Positions 11,070-22,221 of a DNA stretch of 64,000 bases are shown one piece after another. Source of the DNA: Coleofasciculus sp. B1-GNL1-01 (GTDB lineage: Bacteria > Cyanobacteriota > Cyanobacteriia > Cyanobacteriales > Coleofasciculaceae). Each line of letters starts with the position of its first letter. Within the stretch, counting starts at the first letter, position 1. The position numbers were made by a program, and so were the translations under genes. The notes beneath the pieces are model-generated. The model searched no databases, was not told the DNA's origin, and saw only the letters and a list, made by a program, of their open reading frames with translations. The stretch is from assembly GCA_040220235.1 (NCBI GenBank), contig JAVJTO010000094.1, one strand, 5' to 3'.

Positions 11070-11324
11070 ATGGGAAACATGGGAAAAGCAGGCAAAGTCC
11101 TTCGGCAAGTTTTAGAGAGCTACGGCATCAGCCAGAACAAATTGGCTCTCACATTGGGAGTTAAACCTTCCGTTGTTTTTCGCTGGTTTCATGAGCAGAC
11201 AGATCCCAGTGCTGAAACTGTCCGAAGTATTGCTGAAGCTTTACACGGTCTTGATCCAGCCGCTGCTGATGAGTTTGTCCGGCTTTATTTGGGGGATTAC
11301 CTTCAAGACAGGGATAAAACCTGA
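11070..11324 (+). CDS. XRE/Cro-family HTH transcriptional regulator
   Basis: ISQNKLALTLGVKPSVVFRWFHEQTDP helix-turn-helix. Confidence 0.88.
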   Translation: MGNMGKAGKVLRQVLESYGISQNKLALTLGVKPSVVFRWFHEQTDPSAETVRSIAEALHGLDPAAADEFVRLYLGDYLQDRDKT

Positions 11325-11703
11325 AATATGCCAGGGGTTTATTTGAACCAGTGAGGTTGGGGCAGGGCGGGTTTTGTCGAAAGGTTATTGGTTTGTCTGT
11401 TAATTTTGTCCCTAAACCCGCCCCTACAACTTGACTGCCTCTACTTGAACTTATTCATCTAAAAACATACATCGCTTCAAGATAAAATTGTCTGATGTTT
11501 CACGGGAAGCAAATGGTCAAGTCGGGGCGGGTTTAGTCACTTATGGGTTAGGTCAGAAATAATAGTAGTAAAACCCGCCCCTACAAGCTAGGTTTTTTCT
11601 AAGGTGGGGAAGGGTCAAAACGACCTCATTTAGCCAGATGTCATGAAACGTAAACTCCTTGGATGACTGAACAGTTTATCCCATAGAACTTGTAGTTTGA
11701 ATA

Positions 11704-11768
11704 AAGGGCGACCCGACCGAATTGAATGGACGGGTGTTGTGAATTGATGGAAGCGGGTCGCCCCTACA
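11704..11768. repeat. REP-like element (AGGGCGACCC ... GCGGGTCGCCCCTAC family)
   Basis: Inverted arms; related copies at about 41356-41425 and 42181-42251, which are near-identical to each other. Confidence 0.8.
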
Positions 11769-11966
11769 GCTTGTTAGATCATGTTCACTCCTCTCCTATT
11801 CTCGTTGAGATACCTTGCCAACCCCCTCTCTCTTTCAAAAGGAGGATGTTTTAGGAACAAATACTGACTTATTAATAATAAGGATACTCAACCGCATACG
11901 CGATTAGTCCTCTGGAGAGGTCAACTACCCCGCTCATGCTTACCCACAGCTTCAGTTCTCAGATGA

Positions 11967-13514
<1,548 letters not shown>

Positions 13515-13559
13515 CCAATGACAAATGACGAATGACAAATAACAAATGACTAATAACCA

Positions 13560-13967
13560 ATGAACCTTAAAATCTTACTCCCTACAGAAATACTACTCGA
13601 TGAAGAAGTAACCAAAGTATCTGCCGAAGCGGAAAATGGCGCTTTTACCTTATTACCGAATCATATTGACTTTGTTACGGCAATTGTTCCTGGCATTTTA
13701 TTCTTTGAATCTGAATCGGAATCCACCCCAGAGGTGTTTATCGCTGTGGATGAAGGAATTTTAGTTAAATGTGGCGCAGATGTTCGGGTTTCAACTGGAC
13801 GAGCGATTCGATCGGATGACCTAGAAACGTTACAGCAAACTGTAGAAGAGGAGTTTTCGCGTTTGGATGAACGGGAAAGAATCACAGCAGGTGCGATCGC
13901 GAAATTAGAAGCCAGTTTTGCTCGTGGTGTATATGAGATAGGAGGGTCAAGTGGCGAAGCGTCCTAA
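13560..13967 (+). CDS. atpC: N-ATPase epsilon subunit
   Basis: AEAENGAFTLLPNHIDFV motif; follows atpD. Confidence 0.92.
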   Translation: MNLKILLPTEILLDEEVTKVSAEAENGAFTLLPNHIDFVTAIVPGILFFESESESTPEVFIAVDEGILVKCGADVRVSTGRAIRSDDLETLQQTVEEEFSRLDERERITAGAIAKLEASFARGVYEIGGSSGEAS

Positions 13968-14262
13968 TCACTCGAGACGACGACACAATAAGACGTTTCT
14001 GGGGAAAATAAAAGATAAATCCATCCGTAAACTTAAAGCCCGTAAGGAAGAAAATTTAAGTGTTTTATATGGCTTGACATTGATGGGGTTTGTCGGCTGG
14101 TCGGTTGGTATTCCTACGTTAATTGGCGTGGCAATTGGACTGTGGCTGGATGAAGTTTTGCCCACTCCCTTTTCCTGGACACTTACCTTAATGTTGGTGG
14201 GTTTAGTTCTCGGTTGTATTAATGCTTGGTACTGGGTAAAGCAGGAGTCTGCCGATGAGTGA
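13951..14262 (+). CDS. atpQ: N-ATPase accessory membrane protein AtpQ (AtpZ/gene-1 family)
   Basis: Basic N-terminus (RKLKAR), two TM helices (GWSVGIPTLIG...WLD; GCINAWYWV); operon position. Confidence 0.88.
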   Translation: MAKRPNHSRRRHNKTFLGKIKDKSIRKLKARKEENLSVLYGLTLMGFVGWSVGIPTLIGVAIGLWLDEVLPTPFSWTLTLMLVGLVLGCINAWYWVKQESADE

Positions 14263-15490
14263 GTCAGCACAGACAATCCCCCTATTGATTTTATTGGTGG
14301 GCGCAATTAGCACGATTTCCATCCTGATTAAGGAAGGGATGACGCGCTTGGGCTTACCCAGTTTAGTGGGGTATTTGGTGCTAGGCTTTCTGCTGCGGCT
14401 GGCGGATTCCCAGTGGCAATTTCTGGGAGAACCGGGGCAGGAAATTTTTGAGTTTTTAGCCGAAGTTGGCGTGATTTCCTTGTTGTTTCGGGTAGGGTTA
14501 GAAAGTGATTTAGCGGGATTGATGCGCCAGTTATCCACAGCAACGAAAATTGGGTTAGTTAATATTGTTGTCAATGGGGGTTTCGGATTTGTCACCTCCT
14601 ATTGGTTACTGGGACTGGCGTTTATCCCCAGTTTATTTATTGCGATCGCGTTTACGGCAACCAGTGTGGGTGTATCGATTGGGGTATGGCAAGAAGCAAA
14701 TGCCACTCATTCAAACTATGGGGAATTACTACTGGATGTGGCGGAACTGGATGATATTTTGGGGGTAAGTTTAATGGCGTTATTGTTTGCTGTTGCCCCA
14801 GCAATTCAAGATAGGGGAACGGGAGAATTATTGCCCGTTATTGCCAAAACCTCTGGTATATTTTTCCTAAAAGCTGTAGTTTTTGGGACATTTTGCTATG
14901 TGTTTTCGCGCTTTTTTGAGGCAAAGTTGACTAAGTTTTTTCGCCAAATTGAAGCGCCACCGGAACCGATGCTGGAGGTGGTGGGGATTGGTTTTATTAT
15001 TGCCGCGATCGCGGGGTTATTGGGGTTTTCAGTTGCCATTGGCGCTTTCTTTGCCGGATTAGTGTTTAGCCGTGATCCTAATGCGGTCAAAATTGATGCG
15101 TCGTTTGACTCGTTATACGAACTGTTTACGCCGTTCTTTTTGATTGGGATTGGCTTGAAAATTAACCCTAGTGCGCTAACGGCGGCTTTTGGAATGGGAG
15201 GAATTCTCCTTGTCGCCGCCGTATTAGGCAAACTCATTGGTGCGGGGGGTCCCACTTGGTTAACCACAGGTTGGACGGGTGCGGCGTTAATTGGCGTCAG
15301 TATGGTTCCTCGCGCCGAAATTACCATGATTGTCATGGGTAAAGGACTCTCGTTAGGAGAGTGGGCGGTATCCAATCAGGTTTTCGCCGCCATGGTTGTT
15401 GTGTCTGCGGTGACTAGCATTCTAGCACCGATTGTTCTGCGTTCGTTGTTGCACCAATTGCCTGAAACTCAAACAGGAGTAAGTAACTGA
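14255..15490 (+). CDS. CPA2-family cation/H+ antiporter
   Basis: About 12-13 TM helices; LLFRVGLES, TATSVG, AELDD and VPRAE motifs; overlaps the atpQ stop. Confidence 0.88.
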   Translation: MSESAQTIPLLILLVGAISTISILIKEGMTRLGLPSLVGYLVLGFLLRLADSQWQFLGEPGQEIFEFLAEVGVISLLFRVGLESDLAGLMRQLSTATKIGLVNIVVNGGFGFVTSYWLLGLAFIPSLFIAIAFTATSVGVSIGVWQEANATHSNYGELLLDVAELDDILGVSLMALLFAVAPAIQDRGTGELLPVIAKTSGIFFLKAVVFGTFCYVFSRFFEAKLTKFFRQIEAPPEPMLEVVGIGFIIAAIAGLLGFSVAIGAFFAGLVFSRDPNAVKIDASFDSLYELFTPFFLIGIGLKINPSALTAAFGMGGILLVAAVLGKLIGAGGPTWLTTGWTGAALIGVSMVPRAEITMIVMGKGLSLGEWAVSNQVFAAMVVVSAVTSILAPIVLRSLLHQLPETQTGVSN

Positions 15491-15597
15491 TGCCTATTTC
15501 ACCGCAGCTTATTGTCTGGATTGCGATCGCGTTAGCACAAGTCAGCCTGCTGGCAATCGCACCGTTGTTGATTCGCTGGCTTTCTTTACTTCCTTAA
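15490..15597 (+). CDS. Putative 35-aa single-TM peptide, translationally coupled to the antiporter
   Basis: TGATG stop/start overlap; MPISPQLIVWIAIALAQVSLLAIAPLLIRWLSLLP; too short for the ORF track. Confidence 0.5.
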   Translation: MPISPQLIVWIAIALAQVSLLAIAPLLIRWLSLLP

Positions 15598-15884
15598 TTT
15601 TTATGAAATTATCCTCTTTTAAATTAAGCGAAGCATCCTTTGGCTTCCCCCGTGCAAAAAAAGCGAAGCAACATCTGGTCTCCCCCATGGAACAAAAAGC
15701 GAAGCAACATCTGGTCTCCCCCTTTTTAAGGGGGACGGAAGGGGGATCTAATAGGGGGACGGAAGGGGGATCTCAAGCAACATCCTTAAATAAGGGCGGG
15801 TTTAGTTACCTATACACCAACAAAAAACGTTAATTGTAAAACCCGCCCCTACAGTCATCAAAACGTTTTTATCGGAGCATCACC

Positions 15885-16193
15885 ATGAACAATATATTGC
15901 ATTTAATTCTCGCCTTTCCTGCCGGCTTTGCCCTAGGAATTTTCTACTTTGGTAGTCTGTGGCTTACCGTGCGCCAACTGCCAACCACCCGTTATCCTAT
16001 CCGCTTATTTGTAGGGAGTTATTTAGGTCGTATGGTGATTGCCTTACTCGGCTTTTATATCATCATCAACGGACATTGGGAACGAGCGCTGGTTGGCGTA
16101 TTGGGTTTAATCGTCGCCCGCACATTGTTGGTGCGTCGTTTTGAACCAAAACCCTGGCATTTAGAACAACCCGCTAGTCATCAAATTCATTAA
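15885..16193 (+). CDS. atpR: N-ATPase accessory subunit AtpR
   Basis: GIFYFGSLWLTVRQLP motif, 3 TM helices, upstream of subunit a. Confidence 0.88.
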   Translation: MNNILHLILAFPAGFALGIFYFGSLWLTVRQLPTTRYPIRLFVGSYLGRMVIALLGFYIIINGHWERALVGVLGLIVARTLLVRRFEPKPWHLEQPASHQIH

Positions 16194-16231
16194 TTGATGA
16201 TTGAGTTTTGGGATAGGCAAAATCCCCGATA

Positions 16232-16383
16232 AAACGCGAGCGAGACTACAAACGCGAGCGAGACTACAAACGCGAGCGAGACTACAAACGCGAGCGAGAC
16301 GCTAAACGCGAGCGAGACGCTAAACGCGAGCGAGACGCTAAACGCGAGCGAGACGCTAAACGCGAGCGAGACGCTCGCACTAC
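16232..16383. repeat. 18-bp tandem repeat x8 derived from a REP-like motif
   Basis: (AAACGCGAGCGAGACTAC)x3 then (AAACGCGAGCGAGACGCT)x5, ending in GCGAGCGAGACGCTCGCACTAC. Confidence 0.92.
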
Positions 16384-16423
16384 TACAACCAACGGTTAAT
16401 TTTAAATTGAGAGAAGGAGACTA

Positions 16424-17146
16424 ATGAATGTTACCCCAGATACTATTATTTTTTGGCAGTGGCAGTGGTTTAAACTGAACGCTACCCTGGTTTATACTTG
16501 GCTCGTCATGGCAATTTTGGTCGTGGGATCTTGGCTAGTGACGCGCAATTTGAAAGTTGAACCCGAAGAAATGTCGAATTGGCAAAATCGCTTAGAAATT
16601 ATTGTCGAAATGATTAATGGTGAGATTCGCCAAGCCACTAATCGAGAACCGAGTGAATTTCTGCCATTTGTTGGCACAATCTTTCTGTTCTTTGCCCTTG
16701 CCAATATTCTTACCATCATTCCCGGTTACGAATCCCCCGCCGCGTCTCTATCCACTACAGGCGCTTTTGCCTTGTGTGTCTTTTTTGCTGTACCGTATTA
16801 CGGGATTAAACATTCTGGGTTTGGCAGTTACCTGAAACATTTTATTGAGCCGACGCCCGTTGTTTTACCTTTTAATATTCTCAGCGAAATCACCCGGACG
16901 CTATCCTTAGCCATTCGCTTGTTTGGTAATGTGATGAGTACGAGTTTATTGGTGGCAATTGTTTTATCCCTCATTCCCCTATTTCTACCTATTCCCGTCA
17001 GAGCTTATGGAATTGGAATTGGAGTGATTCAGGCGTATGTTTTTGCCATTTTAACCCTCGTCTATATCGCGTCAGGGATTCGCGCCCAGCGTAAAAGTCA
17101 ACAAAAACGACAACAGCAACAGCAATCAGAAGAAGGAGCAACCTAA
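16424..17146 (+). CDS. atpB: N-ATPase Fo subunit a
   Basis: RTLSLAIRLFGN with the essential Arg; IQAYVF. Confidence 0.94.
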   Translation: MNVTPDTIIFWQWQWFKLNATLVYTWLVMAILVVGSWLVTRNLKVEPEEMSNWQNRLEIIVEMINGEIRQATNREPSEFLPFVGTIFLFFALANILTIIPGYESPAASLSTTGAFALCVFFAVPYYGIKHSGFGSYLKHFIEPTPVVLPFNILSEITRTLSLAIRLFGNVMSTSLLVAIVLSLIPLFLPIPVRAYGIGIGVIQAYVFAILTLVYIASGIRAQRKSQQKRQQQQQSEEGAT

Positions 17147-17147
17147 C

Positions 17148-17426
17148 ATGGATAATCTTGGTCTTATTGGCATCGCCTCGATTCTTGGTGCCGCCCTTTC
17201 CATCGGATTAGGGGCAATTGGACCCGCGATTGGGGAAGGATTAGGATTGGCGAATGCCCTACGTGCGATCGCGCAACAGCCGGATAAGGCGAATACGATT
17301 ACCCGCACCTTATTTGTGGGGATGGCATTTATTGAATCAACGGCGATTTATGCCTTCATTGTGTCGATTATTCTCATTTTTGCCAATCCGTTTTGGAATC
17401 ACTTTTTGAATCAGGGAGGAGGATAA
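17148..17426 (+). CDS. atpE: N-ATPase Fo subunit c with Na+-binding signature
   Basis: GPAIGEG (Glu in helix 1), QQPD loop, ESTAIY motif. Confidence 0.95.
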   Translation: MDNLGLIGIASILGAALSIGLGAIGPAIGEGLGLANALRAIAQQPDKANTITRTLFVGMAFIESTAIYAFIVSIILIFANPFWNHFLNQGGG

Positions 17427-17430
17427 GCCA

Positions 17431-18312
17431 ATGATTGATTGGTTTACATTGATTGCCCAAATTATTAACTTCATTATCCTCGTTTTTCTACTGTGGCGCT
17501 TTTTGTATAAGCCCATTACTAAAACTATGGGTGAGCGCCGCAAGCGGATTGAGCGTCAGTGGAAAGAAGCGCAACAGCAACAAGAGGAAGCCCAAGCCGA
17601 AGCGGAATCCTATCGCCAAAAGCAACAAGACTTAGAAAAACGGCGAGAGGAATTGTTGAATGAAGCCAAAGAAAACGCCAAAGCTGAACAGGAGAAATTA
17701 ATCAATCAGGCACGTCAAGAGGTTGACAAAAAGCAGGCAGAATGGCATGAATCCATTGAACGCCAGCAAGAATCCTTTCTGGAGAACCTGCGACAACGGG
17801 TACAAGAGGTGACCCATAAAACCACCCGTCGCGCCTTACAGGATTTGGCAGATACGGAATTAGAACAACAGGCGATCGCGGTGTTCATTGAACGCCTAAA
17901 ACACCTGGAGGACGAAGAACGAGAAGCCTTCAAACAATCGATTCATGACTCTGACCAGGATGTTGTCATTAACAGCGCCTTTGAGATGCCAGAAGAAAGC
18001 CAGCAAAAAATCCGGGATACTCTCCACCAAGAAAATATTCTCAATGGCAAAGACGTGAAATTCTCCACCTCATCGGATTTAATCTGTGGCGTAGAAATGC
18101 GGAGCAAAAACCATCAGATTGCGTGGACGTTAGCCGACTATCTCGAAAGCCTAGAGGAACAATTCGCCAACGAATTCCCGAATAAGGCTGAAGCTGAAGA
18201 AAAACCAGACGATGAGGAACAGCCATCCACTAGAGAATCGGATGAACCCGAAGAGGAGCCAGATAAAAGGAAACTTTTGGGGTTGAAGGAGTATAAAGGT
18301 GAGATGAGATAA
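17431..18312 (+). CDS. atpF: N-ATPase subunit b (b-delta-like fusion)
   Basis: IDWFTLIAQIINF TM anchor, long coiled coil, C-terminal DLICGVEM delta-like region, acidic tail. Confidence 0.92.
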   Translation: MIDWFTLIAQIINFIILVFLLWRFLYKPITKTMGERRKRIERQWKEAQQQQEEAQAEAESYRQKQQDLEKRREELLNEAKENAKAEQEKLINQARQEVDKKQAEWHESIERQQESFLENLRQRVQEVTHKTTRRALQDLADTELEQQAIAVFIERLKHLEDEEREAFKQSIHDSDQDVVINSAFEMPEESQQKIRDTLHQENILNGKDVKFSTSSDLICGVEMRSKNHQIAWTLADYLESLEEQFANEFPNKAEAEEKPDDEEQPSTRESDEPEEEPDKRKLLGLKEYKGEMR

Positions 18313-18477
18313 ATCTTCCTTGAGGCAGATTAATGTTGATGCCTCATTTCTTAGGATATTTGCCGAGGACTAGAATAGGCAGATGGCTTGATTCGCCCAA
18401 CCCTTTTCTAGTCACTAGACTCTATTCAATAAATTAATTGGCAATTTGTCCAAAACCTAATCAGGAGAAATTTTTGA

Positions 18478-18987
18478 ATGCTGAATCGTTTGCCTAAAAG
18501 AGAACACAACGGATTAATTAGCCTCAAAAGAGGGGCGTTCGCCTTACTCACCCTGTCCGTACTCCTAGGCGCTTGCACCCCGGAACCTGAAGCCACGGTT
18601 CCAGAAACGGGAGTAGACACAACCTTGACGGAAACCGATGATACAGACGTTGAAGACGTAGCTGAAGATACGGAAGAATTCATCGGTGAGATGGTAACCG
18701 TTACGGGTGAAGTTGAAGAAGATTATGGGATCAACACATTTGTCATAGAGGATACCGGTGAGATATTTGGTGATAAAGTGTTGGTGATCAATACCGCCGC
18801 GACAGAGCCAATTCTGGAAGAGCAGAATGTCCGAGTTACTGGGGAAGTTCGCGAACTCGTCGTGGCTGAGTTTGAGCGGGATTATGACCTAACCTGGGAA
18901 GGGGATATTCTCCAGACGATAGAAGCTGAGTACGTCGGACAGCCTGTTATCGTTGCTGATGCTGTCGAAGTGTTAGATATTCCCTAG
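18478..18987 (+). CDS. Acidic lipoprotein with probable OB-fold-like repeats
   Basis: Lipobox LLGA-C; duplicated VTVTGEV / VRVTGEV motifs; very Asp/Glu rich. Confidence 0.75.
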   Translation: MLNRLPKREHNGLISLKRGAFALLTLSVLLGACTPEPEATVPETGVDTTLTETDDTDVEDVAEDTEEFIGEMVTVTGEVEEDYGINTFVIEDTGEIFGDKVLVINTAATEPILEEQNVRVTGEVRELVVAEFERDYDLTWEGDILQTIEAEYVGQPVIVADAVEVLDIP

Positions 18988-19010
18988 AATTTTGGGTAAA
19001 AAACCCTACT

Positions 19011-19105
19011 CCATCGCAAGCGAGACTTCATAGCAAGCGAGACTCCATCGCCAACCAGACTCTATAGCAAACCAGACTCTATAGCGAGCGAGACGCTCGC
19101 ACTAC
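19011..19105. repeat. Degenerate 17-bp tandem repeat ending in the same REP-like motif
   Basis: About five units of (ATAGCAAGCGAGACTYY), then GCGAGCGAGACGCTCGCACTAC. Confidence 0.75.
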
Positions 19106-19158
19106 GGCGGCGGCAATTCTTTTTTGCCTCTTTCCTCCTGCCATCTACCATCTTTTTC

Positions 19159-20856
19159 ATGAACGAAAAGTCAATGTCACTACAAACGGTTCTAGATGAA
19201 ACCTTTACCCAATTAAACCAGGGACTAGAGACGTATCAACCTGAACTCCAACTGCGGGAAGTAGGAGTGGTCAAATCGGTATCCCGTGGCATTGCAACGG
19301 TTAGTGGTTTACCCACAGTAAAAGCGGATGAATTGATTCGTTTTCCGGGTGGGTTGTTGGGAATTGCGTTTAATTTAGACCCGGATGAAGTGGGGGTTAT
19401 TTTATTAGGAGAAAGCGAACATATTGAAGCAGGCGATCGCGTACAGCGCACCGGACGGATTTTGGATGTGCCAGTCGGCGAGGCGCTGATTGGTCGGGTG
19501 ATGGACGCCACGGGTCGTCCGTTGGATAATCAGGGGGCGATTCAAACCAGCGAACGTCTACCCATCGAACAGGAAGCCCCCGCTATTTTAGACCGCGCCC
19601 CGGTGAAAGTGCCATTACAGACGGGTCTTAAGGTTGTAGATGCGTTAGTTCCCATTGGTCGTGGTCAACGGGAATTAATTGTCGGCGATCGCCAAACCGG
19701 GAAAACCGCGATCGCAGTAGATACGATTATTAATCAAAAAGGGAAAGATGTCATCTGTATTTACTGCGCTGTGGGTCAACGTACCTCCGCCGTGGCAAAA
19801 GTGATTGCCCAGTTGCGCGAACGAGAGGCGATGGATTATTCCCTGGTTGTCGTTGCTACAGGGGAAGATGCTCCAGGGTTGCGCTACATTACCCCGTATG
19901 CCGCGATGTCCATTGGCGAATATTTTCGCGATCGCGGACAGGATGCGTTAGTGGTGATTGATGATATGACCCGCCATGCTTGGGCGTATCGTGAATTGTC
20001 CTTACTGTTGCGACGTCCACCAGGTCGAGAAGCCTATCCCGGTGATATTTTTTATATTCATTCCCGGATGTTGGAACGGTCAACCCACCTCAGCGAAGAA
20101 TTGGGAGGCGGTTCCTTAACTGCATTACCGATTGTGGAAACCCAAGCCCAGAATATTTCTGCCTATATTCCCACTAATTTAATCTCAATTACCGACGGTC
20201 AGATTTACGTGTCTCCGGATTTATTCCAGCAAACCGTCTTACCCGCCGTGGAGGTGGGTAAATCGGTGTCGCGGGTTGGCGGAAAAACCCAGTTAGCGGC
20301 GTATCAAGACGTGGCGGGAGATTTACGCCTGTCTTATTCTCAATTCCAAGAAGTGGAAGTATTTGCCCGGTTTAGCACCCAGCTTGATGAAGACACTCGT
20401 CACACCCTAGAACGAGGGCGTCGGGTGCGGCAGATCCTCAAGCAAAAGGAATCCCAACCGTTATCGGTTCCTGAGCAAATTGCTGCCCTTGTCGCGGTGA
20501 ATGAGGGGGTTTTTGATGAACTGCCCTTGGATCAGGTGAGAGACGCCGAAACAGCCGTCAGAGAAGCGGTGACAGCGGAATTGTCCGAGGTGTGCGATCG
20601 CGTTGTATCGGGTGAAGCGTTAAGGGATGAGGATTTAGAGGCAATTTTACGGGTAGCTAAGGAGGCGACACAGGCGTATAAACCGGAACAAGAGCAAGAA
20701 GAAGAACGAACTGAGCAAGAATCGGAAGAAGAGAAAGAAGAAGGGGAAGAACCGACTCAGGCAGAACAGTCTGAGGAGGACAAAGAAGAAGAAAATAAAC
20801 AGCAAGAAGAAGATCAACAAGAAGATCAAGAGAAGGAAGAATCTGACAATCAATAA
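19159..20856 (+). CDS. atpA: N-ATPase alpha subunit
   Basis: GDRQTGKT Walker [16 protein letters not shown]; about 55-aa Glu/Gln-rich tail. Confidence 0.95.
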   Translation: MNEKSMSLQTVLDETFTQLNQGLETYQPELQLREVGVVKSVSRGIATVSGLPTVKADELIRFPGGLLGIAFNLDPDEVGVILLGESEHIEAGDRVQRTGRILDVPVGEALIGRVMDATGRPLDNQGAIQTSERLPIEQEAPAILDRAPVKVPLQTGLKVVDALVPIGRGQRELIVGDRQTGKTAIAVDTIINQKGKDVICIYCAVGQRTSAVAKVIAQLREREAMDYSLVVVATGEDAPGLRYITPYAAMSIGEYFRDRGQDALVVIDDMTRHAWAYRELSLLLRRPPGREAYPGDIFYIHSRMLERSTHLSEELGGGSLTALPIVETQAQNISAYIPTNLISITDGQIYVSPDLFQQTVLPAVEVGKSVSRVGGKTQLAAYQDVAGDLRLSYSQFQEVEVFARFSTQLDEDTRHTLERGRRVRQILKQKESQPLSVPEQIAALVAVNEGVFDELPLDQVRDAETAVREAVTAELSEVCDRVVSGEALRDEDLEAILRVAKEATQAYKPEQEQEEERTEQESEEEKEEGEEPTQAEQSEEDKEEENKQQEEDQQEDQEKEESDNQ

Positions 20857-20884
20857 AGACAGATTCTCAATCTTGCCAGGGTGT

Positions 20885-20991
20885 TATAGCACTACGAGGA
20901 TACGTTAGGACATTTATCTGTTGCCTGTTGCCTGTTGCCTGTTGCCTTTTCACCTAATTTTATTGTCCTAACCTCAATGCGTAGCGCTATA
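20885..20991. mobile_element. MITE-like element with TATAGC...GCTATA termini
   Basis: 28-bp imperfect terminal inverted repeats (TATAGCACTACG...GTTAGGACA / TGTCCTAAC...CGTAGCGCTATA); a related element lies at 56902-57008. Confidence 0.7.
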
Positions 20992-21006
20992 TCATCAAGG
21001 ATTTTT

Positions 21007-21315
21007 ATGAACGGTATACTAATTTTTGTCATTGTAGCAGTTGTGGTCTTGGCAATCTTTGCCATTGCTAAAGGTAGGAAACGTCGGGGTAGCTATGGTG
21101 GTGGAGGCTTTGTCCCTGATACTAACGGCGATAATGGTGATGGCTTTGGTGATGGCTTTGGTGATGGCGGTGACGGCGGTGGTGTAGGCGGTAGTTCTGG
21201 TGTAGGCGGTAGTTCTGGCGGTGGTGCTGGTACTAGTGGCGGTGCTGGTGGCGGTGCTGGTGGCGGTGGCGGTGCTGGTGGCGGTGCAGGCGGCGGCGGC
21301 GGTGGCGGTGGTTGA
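21007..21315 (+). CDS. Small single-TM protein with Gly-rich tail
   Basis: MNGILIFVIVAVVVLAIFAIA TM segment, KGRKRR stop-transfer, then poly-Gly. ATG 21007 is preferred over 20935, which lies inside the MITE. Confidence 0.7.
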   Translation: MNGILIFVIVAVVVLAIFAIAKGRKRRGSYGGGGFVPDTNGDNGDGFGDGFGDGGDGGGVGGSSGVGGSSGGGAGTSGGAGGGAGGGGGAGGGAGGGGGGGG

Positions 21316-21486
21316 TGCTAGAGTTATAGGCTGACCCTGAGCGAAGTCGAAGGGTCAACCTCCTGAATTTCGCTATACCCCACACCCTGTCTCATTTTTA
21401 GCTAATTTGCCACCCCTTGAGGAATCTGACAATTAGCCGATGGCGCGATCGCTCCTGCGCTCCTACCCTTTCTGCGGACATCACCG

Positions 21487-22038
21487 TTAAAATTCTGGTG
21501 ACCACAAATCAACAATAGCGACCTCAAAACCAGGAAGTAAATCAGGAATCATTAGTACATCACCATCGCCTAAAATCTCGACCTCGGACGCAGGACGATA
21601 AATTTCGACCCGACGCTGTGGCGGATTCATCAAAATACCAACTTTTGTTCCTTGCTCCAGAAAAAATTGAATCTTATCTCTCAACGATTTTAAGGTATCT
21701 GTTGGGGACTTTACCTCAACCATTAAATCAGGAGCCAGTTCCGCAAACGAACGAGGACTTTTGGGTAACCGTTCAGCTAAAACAAAAGAAACATCAGGCG
21801 CTCTGACATTAGCATTGGGTAGGTCAAAACCTGCACTAGACGCTGTCACCCGACCAAGCTTTTGAGGTCTTACCCAATTACCTAAAACCCGGACAAATTC
21901 GGCGACGACTTCATCTGACTCATAACCCGATGGACTCATAACTACGATTTGCCCGTCCACTAACTCCATGCGATACTCAGGATGTTCTGCTTGTAATTTC
22001 TCCAAGTCTTTGCGGGTTAGAGCTGTCAGAGAAGCCAT
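21487..22038 (-). CDS. Uma2-family (DUF820) endonuclease-fold protein
   Basis: ELVDGQIVVMSP, RAPDVSF and APDLMVEVKSPTD motifs. Confidence 0.92.
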   Translation of the reverse strand: MASLTALTRKDLEKLQAEHPEYRMELVDGQIVVMSPSGYESDEVVAEFVRVLGNWVRPQKLGRVTASSAGFDLPNANVRAPDVSFVLAERLPKSPRSFAELAPDLMVEVKSPTDTLKSLRDKIQFFLEQGTKVGILMNPPQRRVEIYRPASEVEILGDGDVLMIPDLLPGFEVAIVDLWSPEF

Positions 22039-22221
22039 AGAACCTCTTTGAGTTTATATCTAGAATGATTGATAAATTCATTGTATTACCGTTGAGCGCA
22101 ACTCGGTATTAGGTTTAATGGCACTGCAATAAGCATTTTAGAATCATCGAAACCTTTAATATACCGTAGGGTGGGTTTCGACTTCGCAAGAGCCCACCAG
22201 CATACCAGTCAGTGGCATTCT

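Noticed and set aside
15603..15833. 76-aa ORF inside the N-ATPase operon
   Set aside because: It consists of short duplications and palindromic repeat sequence (CCCCCTTTTTAAGGGGG, REP); not protein-like.
16232..16383. Possible CRISPR array
   Set aside because: The units are contiguous 18-mers with no unique spacers, and no cas genes are present; it is a tandem repeat.
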